Shown here in pieces: positions 56,787 to 64,000 of a stretch of 64,000 bases of DNA; within the stretch, counting starts at the first letter, position 1; every line of letters begins with the position of its first letter. Below the pieces are notes generated by a model. It made no database searches. It was given only the letters and a program-made list of their open reading frames with translations, and had not been told where the DNA came from. Origin of the DNA: Planctomycetota bacterium (GTDB lineage Bacteria; Planctomycetota; PLA2; JAEUHO01); assembly GCA_050248855.1 (NCBI GenBank), contig JBFWRP010000020.1, forward strand, positions 19,620-83,619. Reading direction: 5' to 3'. Made by a program: the position numbers and the translations under genes.

Positions 56787-58085
56787 ATGAGCGAGCAGGG
56801 TGGTGGGGGCGCGGCTCCGCAGGGAGGCGGCCCGGGCGTCGCCAAGGAGAAGATGCGCGCGGCGGCTGCGGGCGTGGGTGCCGTCGTCAAGGGCCTGGCG
56901 TCCACCTTCGGCCTGGACCTCAAGCGCGCCGCGGTGGCCGACCTCACGCGCGTCCATGCCACCGAGGCCGAGCGCGCCGCCCAGGCTGCGTTGACCCCGG
57001 CCGTGACCGATGCGCGGGCCCAGGACCACTTCGCCTGGCGCTTGAGCACGCTGCGGTTTGCGATCTGGCTCCTCGCAGGCAGCTTCGTGGCTGCCGTGAT
57101 CTCGTTCATCGTGACGCTCGCCACCTACGAGCCCACCGAGGGCCTTCGTCAGTGGGTCATGATCTTCCCGGAGCTCGCCAAGCTCCTGGCCGCCGGCTAC
57201 CTCGTCTACGAGGTCGTCCGGGCCTTGGCAGGCGGCGTTCATCGTCCCGGCCGCGCCGCCCGTCAGCTCCGTCGCGGTTGGGCGATCGCCCTGGTCGTTC
57301 CACTCGCGGTGCTCCTGCTGCCGTGGAGCTCGCTGGTGGTCAGCATCACGCTTCGCGAGATCGAGGCCATCCAGGACCCCGTCCGGCAGCTGCAGATGTT
57401 GCTCATCTCCGAGATCACGCCGCTGGTGATGCTCGTGCTGGTCCTGCTCCAGGCGCTTCCGGCCCTGTTGTCGGTGTTCCCCGGGCTGTTCCGGGCTGGC
57501 CTCACGATGAAGACCCTGCTGCCGACGCGGAGCATGGGTCCCGTCGCCGCCGCTGCGGCGGGTCCCTTCAATGCCCTCTACCTCATCGTCCTGATGGTGA
57601 TCGCGCAGGGCATCCTCGGATCCTGGGCACTCCCCTTCGTGGCGTGCTTCCTGCTGGGAGCACCCATCCTGACCGGCTGGCACTGCGCGGCCCTCGCCAA
57701 GCCGATGGACGCTGCGCGGGCGTCGAGGGGCGTCCAGCGCGTGCGGACCGCGTCCCGCATCCTCTTGGGCGTCGGAGCGATCGGGTTCCTCGTGATCCTC
57801 GCGAACACCCATGTCCTGCGCCAACCCATCTTCGCCATCGGCTCCGTGACGGACGCCCAGGGGAATCGTGCTGATCCCTTGATCGGGCTCTTGGACCTCC
57901 TGCAGCTCGCCGTCCACTTGGCCGGCGTGATGATGGTGTTCACCGTGGTCGCCTCCGACACGCTCTTCCGCCTGACGCCCGTGGGCGAGGAGGACACGCC
58001 GGAGCAGGCCGCCGATGCGGCCACGCTGCGCCAGGTGAAGGCCGCGCTCTCGAGCAAGCCGGACGTCAGCGAAACCTTCGCGTGA
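56787..58085 (+). CDS. Hypothetical polytopic membrane protein
   Basis: GGAGG RBS, about 8 hydrophobic helices, GTGA overlap with the next gene. Confidence 0.7.
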   Translation: MSEQGGGGAAPQGGGPGVAKEKMRAAAAGVGAVVKGLASTFGLDLKRAAVADLTRVHATEAERAAQAALTPAVTDARAQDHFAWRLSTLRFAIWLLAGSFVAAVISFIVTLATYEPTEGLRQWVMIFPELAKLLAAGYLVYEVVRALAGGVHRPGRAARQLRRGWAIALVVPLAVLLLPWSSLVVSITLREIEAIQDPVRQLQMLLISEITPLVMLVLVLLQALPALLSVFPGLFRAGLTMKTLLPTRSMGPVAAAAAGPFNALYLIVLMVIAQGILGSWALPFVACFLLGAPILTGWHCAALAKPMDAARASRGVQRVRTASRILLGVGAIGFLVILANTHVLRQPIFAIGSVTDAQGNRADPLIGLLDLLQLAVHLAGVMMVFTVVASDTLFRLTPVGEEDTPEQAADAATLRQVKAALSSKPDVSETFA

Positions 58086-58639
58086 GCGTCGGAGGCGAGC
58101 GCCGCGTCACGGAGGACCTGGTCCTCGAGCGCTTGGTGCGGCCCGCGGACGCTTCGCGGCGCGAGCCGGTGCTCGTGGTCCTCGACGACGTCCGCTCCGC
58201 CTTCAATGTCGGCCTCGTGTTCCGCGTGGCCGACACGATGGCCGTCCGGGGACTGTGGCTCGGCGGGATCACGCCCCATCCCGGTGGCAGCGAGCGGGCC
58301 GACAACCGGATCGCCAAGACCGCGGTGGGGGGGAGCCTCCAGACCGTGCCGTGGCGGGCCGTCGAAGACCCCACCGTGGGCGTGCGGCGGCTGCGGCGCG
58401 CAGGCTGGCGCGTGGTCGTGGTCGAACAGACGCGCGAGGCCGTTCATCCGGCGGAGGCCCGCTTCGGCGAGCGGACGGTCCTCGTCTTCGGCCACGAGCG
58501 CGCGGGCGTGCGCGACGCGCTGCTGGAGCAGGCCGACGAGGTCGTGGCCCTCCCGCTCCTGGGCATCACGAACAGCATGAACGTGGCCGTCTGCGCTGCG
58601 CTCGTGCTCTACGAGCGGACGCGGCCCCGTCGGGAGTAG
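58082..58639 (+). CDS. TrmH/SpoU family RNA methyltransferase
   Basis: VLDDVRSAFNVGLVFRVAD, KTAVG, LVFGHERAGV, GITNSMNVAV. Confidence 0.9.
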   Translation: MSVGGERRVTEDLVLERLVRPADASRREPVLVVLDDVRSAFNVGLVFRVADTMAVRGLWLGGITPHPGGSERADNRIAKTAVGGSLQTVPWRAVEDPTVGVRRLRRAGWRVVVVEQTREAVHPAEARFGERTVLVFGHERAGVRDALLEQADEVVALPLLGITNSMNVAVCAALVLYERTRPRRE

Positions 58640-58683
58640 GGGTCGCGCTGGCGGCGAAGCGCGAACGTGCCCAGAATGCCGGG

Positions 58684-59868
58684 ATGGACATCCAGCTGAC
58701 CGAACCCGAGCACGTCGAGCTGCTCGCCACGCGCCGCGACCTCCATCAGCACCCCGAACCCAGCTGGAAGGAGCAGCGCACGGCGGCCTTGGTGGCGGAG
58801 CGTCTCCGTGCCTTGGGGCTCGAACCGCGCACGGGCGTGGCCGAGACCGGCGTCGTGGCGGATCTCGACACGGGCGAGCCGGGTCCGTGCGTGTTGCTGC
58901 GCGCCGACATGGACGCCCTGCCCGTCCACGAGGAGAACGACCTGCCGTGGCGCTCGACGAACCCGGGCGTCATGCATGCCTGCGGGCACGACGGGCACGT
59001 GGCGATGCTCTTGGCGGCGGCGCGTGTGCTCGTCCAACGTCACCCTCCTTCGCGCGGTGTCGTGCGGTTCTGCTTCCAGCCCGCCGAGGAGGGCGGCAAC
59101 GGGGCCCTCGCCATGATCGAGGCCGGTGTCTTGCTGTCCCCGCGCGTGGACGTGGCCTACGGGCTCCATCTCTGGAACGAGCTGGATCGCGGCAAGGTGG
59201 GCATCGTTCCGGGCCCCTGCATGGCGGCCGTGGACCGATTCGAGATCAGGGTCGAGGGCCGTGGCGGACACGGGGCCATCCCGCATCGGGCGGCTGACCC
59301 GATCGTCGCCGCCGCACATGTCGTGACGGCGCTGCAGACCATCGCCTCGCGGCGCATCGACCCGGAGCACCCCGTGGTGGTGACGGTCGGGCGGATCGAG
59401 GGCGGCGAGGCCTTCAACGTGATCCCACGCGAGGTGCGTCTCCTCGGCACGGCTCGCAGCTTCCACGAGGCCGCCGGCGAGGCGCTGCCCGAGCTGGTCA
59501 CGTCGATCGCCGAGCAGACGGCCGCGGCCCACGGCTGCACGGCCCGCGTCGCCTACGAGCGACTCTCGCGGGCCACCGTGAACGACCCGGCCGAGGCCGC
59601 CCGGGCGCGCGACGTGGCCACGAGGCTGGTGGGCGCGGACGCGGTCGTGCCGCTGCGCACCATGGCGGGGGAGGACTTCTCCGAGCTCCTCCTGCGCGTG
59701 CCGGGCTGCTTCGTCTTCGTCGGCTCCCGCGACGAGGCCACGGGCAAGGTCCACCCGCACCACTCGCCGCGCTTCGACATCGACGAGCGTGCGCTGCCGC
59801 TGGGTGCCGCCCTCTTGGTGGCGCTCGCCCACGACGCCCTACGTCTCGGGGGGACCCTCGGCGGGTAG
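58684..59868 (+). CDS. M20D family amidohydrolase
   Basis: RRDLHQHPE, LRADMDALP, MHACGHDGH, FQPAEEG, GGHGAIPH, GEDFS, HHSPRFDIDE. Confidence 0.93.
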   Translation: MDIQLTEPEHVELLATRRDLHQHPEPSWKEQRTAALVAERLRALGLEPRTGVAETGVVADLDTGEPGPCVLLRADMDALPVHEENDLPWRSTNPGVMHACGHDGHVAMLLAAARVLVQRHPPSRGVVRFCFQPAEEGGNGALAMIEAGVLLSPRVDVAYGLHLWNELDRGKVGIVPGPCMAAVDRFEIRVEGRGGHGAIPHRAADPIVAAAHVVTALQTIASRRIDPEHPVVVTVGRIEGGEAFNVIPREVRLLGTARSFHEAAGEALPELVTSIAEQTAAAHGCTARVAYERLSRATVNDPAEAARARDVATRLVGADAVVPLRTMAGEDFSELLLRVPGCFVFVGSRDEATGKVHPHHSPRFDIDERALPLGAALLVALAHDALRLGGTLGG

Positions 59869-61056
59869 CCGCAGCGTGATCGCCGTGCCGCGGCCGGGCT
59901 CGCTCTCGACCTCGATGCGACCGGCGTGGCCCTCCACGACCCGCTGCACCAGCTCGAGGCCCAAGCCGGTGCCCTCGCGCTTGCCCGATGTGGCGAAGGC
60001 CTGGAACAGGCGCCCGCGCGCAGCCTCGGAGAGCCCCTTCCCCTGGTCGCTGACGCGCAGGAGGACGTCGCCGCCTTCGCACCACGCACGCAGCTCGACG
60101 CGCCCGGCCCGGCCCTCCATGGCCTCGATGGCGTTGCGCAACAGGTTGTCGAGCGCGCGGCGAAGGGCCAAGGCGTCCACGCGCGCCACACCCACATCGT
60201 CGCTCTGCGCCTCCACGGTCACCGGGTGGTCGTGGGCGGCGGCCGCGAAGTCCGCCGCCGCGTGCTTGACGAGCTCGTCGATGTCGGTCTTGGCGAAGAG
60301 GAACCGCTCCTCGCCGCGGACGTAGCGAAGGATGCTGCGGACCATCTGGTCCATCCGACGTCCCTGGCGCCGGAGGCCCTCCAGCAGCTCGCCGCGGACC
60401 TCGGGCGGAGGCTCCTGCTCGAGGAGGGCCGCGTAGCCCATGAGCCCGGAGAGCGGGCCCCGCAAGTCGTGGACGAGCGTGGCCACGACCTGGCCGATGC
60501 CGGCAAGCCGCGCCTCCCGCAGGCGCTCTTCGACCAGCCGCGCGGTCTCGAGCGCGACGGCCGCCTGGGCGGCCAGCGCACCGAGGAAGGCCTCGTCGTC
60601 TGCGTCGAACGCGTCGGCCTCCTGCTTGTTGAGGACCTCGAGGGCGCCGAGGACGCTGCCGTCGCTGGCCAGGAGGGGCGCCACGAGCACGCTGCGCGTC
60701 CGGAAGCCCGTGGCGGCATCCACGCTGCGGTCGAACCGCGCGTCCAGGTACGCGTCGCGGATCCGGATGGGCTTGCCCGTGGCCACGACCTGGCCGACGA
60801 GGCCCCGCCCCGGCCCGACGTGGAGCTCGGCGAGCTCGTCCCCGTGGAAGATCGTGGCTACCAGGCCGCCGCGCTCGCGGTCCATCACGAAGAGCGCCCC
60901 GCGCTCGGCGCCGACGTGCCGCGTGGACAGGTCGAGGATCCGCCGGAGCAGCGCGTCGTGGTCGGTGGCCGTCGCGAGCGCCCGACTGGCCTCCATGAGC
61001 GCCAGGAGCCGCGGGCGCGGCCCGTCGTAGCGCAGCGTGGGAGCGCGTGTCGGCAT
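59839..61056 (-). CDS. GAF-domain sensor histidine kinase
   Basis: GAF (DAYLDARFDRSVD..TGFRTRSVL..LEVLNK), H-box VHDLRGPL, N-box NLLRNAIEAM, DQGKG, GTGLGL. Confidence 0.92.
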   Translation of the reverse strand: MPTRAPTLRYDGPRPRLLALMEASRALATATDHDALLRRILDLSTRHVGAERGALFVMDRERGGLVATIFHGDELAELHVGPGRGLVGQVVATGKPIRIRDAYLDARFDRSVDAATGFRTRSVLVAPLLASDGSVLGALEVLNKQEADAFDADDEAFLGALAAQAAVALETARLVEERLREARLAGIGQVVATLVHDLRGPLSGLMGYAALLEQEPPPEVRGELLEGLRRQGRRMDQMVRSILRYVRGEERFLFAKTDIDELVKHAAADFAAAAHDHPVTVEAQSDDVGVARVDALALRRALDNLLRNAIEAMEGRAGRVELRAWCEGGDVLLRVSDQGKGLSEAARGRLFQAFATSGKREGTGLGLELVQRVVEGHAGRIEVESEPGRGTAITLRLPAEGPPET

Positions 61057-61113
61057 CCCGCGAGGCTACCATTCGGATCGTGGCGCTTGGGGGGCGGCGC
61101 CCGGGAGGCGCGG

Positions 61114-62394
61114 ATGCCGAGGTGGATCGTGGGGGTGCTGGTCGCCGCCGCGCTGGCCGGTGGCCTCCTGCTCCTCGAGCGCGGCGGCACGCAGCCCGCC
61201 CGGGGCCCCGAGGCTTCCCGTGGGCCCGCTCCGGCCATCGTCGTCGTGCCGCCGGAGCAGCGCCTGTTGGCCCTGGCGCCGCGCCTGGAGTCGCTGCACG
61301 CGACGACACGCGATCCCCTCGTGGCCGAGGGAATGGTCCGCGCGCTGGTCAAGGAAGCCCTTGTCGGCCTGGACGACCCCGACGGCGCGGCCCAAGCCGT
61401 GCGTGCGGCGTTGCGCGACGAGCGGGATGCCCTGCGCCAAGCGGGCTGGCTCGCCATCGCCTGGTCCGGCCCTCCGGACGCGGAGCTGGTCCGGCAGATG
61501 GCCGCCGATCTGGCCCCCGAGCGTCCCCTACCGGTCCGTCGCGCGGTCGCCTTGGCCGTGCCCTACGTCGAGGCGGAAGCGGCCGGTGAGCTCGACGCGG
61601 CCTTGGTCCAGGCTTCACGCGAGGCCGACCTCGAGCTGAGGCGCCGCGCGCTACGCGGGCTCGCCGATGCGGCGCGGCTTCGTGACGTGCCGTTCGAGCG
61701 CCTGGTCGAGGCGCTCAGCGACGAGGATGCGGTCTCCCGGGAAGCCGCGGCCCACGGACTTGCGCGCATCGAGCTGGTGGAGCGCGTCTCCCCGGCCCGT
61801 CTGGAGCCGATCGTCGAGATCCTTGCGCACGCGCTCGACGACGAGCGCGGAGGCGTGGCGCACTACGCCGTGATGGCCCTCGGTCGCACGGGCGCCGCCA
61901 TGGAGCCGGCCCTTCCCCGGCTGCTCCAGGCCTTGGCCGACGAGCGGGCCCTCGTCCGCTCCAACGCAGCCACGGCCTTGGCCGGCGGCGGCGAGGCCGC
62001 CCTCCACGCGGTACGGGACGCCCTCGCGGCCGACGACGGGTCGCGGGCCGAGATGCTGACGTGGACCCTGCGCCTGCTTGGCCCGTCGGCGCTACCTGTC
62101 CTGGAGGCCGCCGCGGAGCGGCCCGAGGACCGCCTGGCGGTCTTCGCCGCGCTTCGCGCGTGGGAGCTGGATCACGACGACACGAAGGCCGTCGCCCGCC
62201 TCGTGGCACGCCTGGACGCAGACGACCCGAGCGCCGTGCTGGAAGCCGTCCGCGGGCTCGGTCGCCTGGGTCCCCCGGCCGCCTCGGCTCGCCCCGCCCT
62301 GGACCGCGTGGCCGCGCGCCTGGACGCGATGGGCGACCAGCGCGACCTCGTGGAGCGTGCGCTCGAAGCGGCCCGTGCCGCGACGGCGCCGTGA
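61114..62394 (+). CDS. Membrane-anchored/exported HEAT-repeat protein
   Basis: N-terminal hydrophobic helix, repeats such as LVEALSDEDAVSREAAA, LLQALADERALVRSNAATAL. Confidence 0.8.
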   Translation: MPRWIVGVLVAAALAGGLLLLERGGTQPARGPEASRGPAPAIVVVPPEQRLLALAPRLESLHATTRDPLVAEGMVRALVKEALVGLDDPDGAAQAVRAALRDERDALRQAGWLAIAWSGPPDAELVRQMAADLAPERPLPVRRAVALAVPYVEAEAAGELDAALVQASREADLELRRRALRGLADAARLRDVPFERLVEALSDEDAVSREAAAHGLARIELVERVSPARLEPIVEILAHALDDERGGVAHYAVMALGRTGAAMEPALPRLLQALADERALVRSNAATALAGGGEAALHAVRDALAADDGSRAEMLTWTLRLLGPSALPVLEAAAERPEDRLAVFAALRAWELDHDDTKAVARLVARLDADDPSAVLEAVRGLGRLGPPAASARPALDRVAARLDAMGDQRDLVERALEAARAATAP

Positions 62395-62412
62395 GCCGGA
62401 GAGGGGTCGAGC

Positions 62413-63165
62413 ATGTGCGCAGCAAGCAGGGACGACGAAGCACTTGGCTGGCGCGAGGTGCTGCAGCGCACCTACGACGACGAGCGCCTCTCGCGCAGCG
62501 AGGCGCGCGCGCTGACGGCCTGGCTGGAGGCCCAGCGCCTGTCCCCCTCCCGCCGCCGCGCGCTGCGGAGCGAGGCGTTCCGCTTCGCGGGCGAGCAGGC
62601 CGTTGGCAAGGGGGTCGGTGAGCTTCTCGGCTGGCTGGAGGGGGTCTTGGCGCGCGTCGATGCGGCCATGGACGCGCAGGAACCGAAAGCCCCCGCCGCC
62701 GCGCAGGTCTGGTTCGGGCCCGGTCCGGACTGCCTGACGGCGCTCCTCGAGGCCTGGCGTCGCGTGCGCGAGCGAGCCGACGTGTGCGTGTTCACCATCA
62801 CCGATGACCGCCTCACCCGGGAGATGGAGAGCGCCGTCCGTCGGGGTGTCCGCGTGCGCATCGTCACGGACGATGCCAAGCGCGACGACCTCGGGTCGGA
62901 CGTGGATCGCCTGCGTGCCGCCGGGGCCGCCGTGGCCCTGGATGCGGGCGAAGCCCACATGCACCACAAGTTCGCCGTCTTCGATCGCCGCCAGCTGGTC
63001 ACGGGTTCGTTCAACTGGACCCGCTCGGCCAGCGAGGTGAACGCCGAGAACCTCGTCGTCACGGACGACCCCCGCCTCGTGGGCGCCTTCGAGGCGGAGT
63101 TCGAACGCCTCTGGGCGGCGCTCGGGGACCTCCGTCCCCGGGGAGCGGGCGCGGAATTCCGCTGA
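62413..63165 (+). CDS. Phospholipase D-like (Nuc/MitoPLD-type) single-HKD protein
   Basis: DVCVFTITDDRL, RGVRVRIVTD, HMHHKFAVFD, TGSFNWTRSA, NAEN. Confidence 0.9.
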   Translation: MCAASRDDEALGWREVLQRTYDDERLSRSEARALTAWLEAQRLSPSRRRALRSEAFRFAGEQAVGKGVGELLGWLEGVLARVDAAMDAQEPKAPAAAQVWFGPGPDCLTALLEAWRRVRERADVCVFTITDDRLTREMESAVRRGVRVRIVTDDAKRDDLGSDVDRLRAAGAAVALDAGEAHMHHKFAVFDRRQLVTGSFNWTRSASEVNAENLVVTDDPRLVGAFEAEFERLWAALGDLRPRGAGAEFR

Positions 63166-63528
63166 ACAGCGGTCCGGGCGGCGTTGGAAGGGCAGGTCGC
63201 AAGGAGGGCGTCCGCTGTGTGAGCGGGCGACCGATCGGCGGCCGGGCCGGGTCTCGACTTGTGCGGGGGGACCCGGCCCCCCTTCCCTTCGACTCGTTGG
63301 ACGCATGTGACGTCGGGGGTACGGCTCGCCAGATGCTCGGTCCCGCACCAGCATCGGCTCCTCGAGTGAACAGACCACGAGTCGTCGCCGATGCTGGCGC
63401 GCTACCGTCGCCCTGACGACCCGATGCCGTGCGAGGGCGACTTGAACCTGGCGGCGGTCGCGGCTGGGAGGGGCGGCGAGCTGGAGGGGACGCGATCTGC
63501 GGCTCGCCTGTCGAACCCCAGTGGAGGT

Positions 63529-63618
63529 GCCAGGGAGTTCTTCGGCGACTCGCCGCAGGGGACTTCGGCGGCAGCTTGTGTGGACGGCGAGTCGCGGAAG
63601 AAGTCCCTGGCTCCGTAC
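63529..63618. repeat. Divergent family A hairpin, copy 3
   Basis: GCCAGGGAGTTCTTCGGCGACTCGCCG ... CGGCGAGTCGCGGAAGAAGTCCCTGGCTCCGTAC with a 29-nt spacer. Confidence 0.75.
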
Positions 63619-64000
63619 GGTCTCGTCCAAGCCACGGACGACTCCCGATGCGAGCGCCCTCGATGGACTCTCGACCTTCGCCGTCCAGCGCGACGTGGGG
63701 ACGCTCACCTGGCTCGATACGCGGGGGACGAGCCGGGTGAAGTCACAACTCCTCGCCCCCGTGCGTGGGCGCATCGTGGCTCGTGGGGCAGCGAGGAGTG
63801 GGGACGCTCACCTGGCTCGGTACGGTCTCGTCCAAGCCACGGACGACTCCCGACGCAAGCGCCATCGATGTACGCACGACTTTCACCGTCCAGCGCGACG
63901 TGAGGACGCTCACCTGGCTCGATACGCGGGGGGACGAGCCGCGTGAAGGCACAGCTCCTCGCCCCGGGGCGTGGGCGCAGCGTGGCTGGGGGGGCAGCGG
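63606..64000. repeat. Tandem 205-bp repeat containing the family B hairpin (runs off the window)
   Basis: Units start at 63606 and 63811 (CCTGGCTC(C/G)GTACGGTCTCGTCCAAGCCACGGACGACTCCCGA...). G(G/A)GGACGCTCACCTGGCTC occurs three times. Confidence 0.9.

Noticed and set aside
63219..63952. Short ORFs in the terminal region
   Set aside because: They are translations of tandem and hairpin repeats with no protein motifs.
1..64000. tRNA/rRNA genes, integrases, transposases, prophage genes
   Set aside because: None recognised by eye. tRNAscan-SE and Infernal would be needed to exclude small ncRNAs or riboswitches in the intergenic gaps.

Overview
High-GC, gene-dense bacterial chromosomal segment with about 40 CDS. 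I found no rRNA, tRNA, CRISPR array or transposase. Gene content (prenyltransferase-repeat, DUF11, HEAT, DUF3352/GspG-like and Cys-rich exported proteins) suggests Planctomycetota/PVC; this is inference. Housekeeping genes include ltaE, lipA, larC, tgt, ruvB, ubiE/menG, holA, mutL, leuS, tkt and trkA/H, plus a MacAB-TolC-type exporter. The most interesting signal is a candidate disulfide-cross-linked envelope system. It comprises two paralogous Cys-rich lipoproteins made of mirror-symmetric 23-aa repeat arms (6+6 and 3+3, the shorter ending in an OmcB/DUF11-like domain), a 2288-aa SdrD-B-repeat protein with cysteines at fixed repeat positions, and an adjacent exported CxxC redoxin. Also notable are three tandem LolA-like paralogs, a 66-bp inverted repeat bracketing leuS, and several related REP/REPIN-like hairpin families, one with its spacer inverted between copies. 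Family calls come from motif recognition by eye; no database searches were run.
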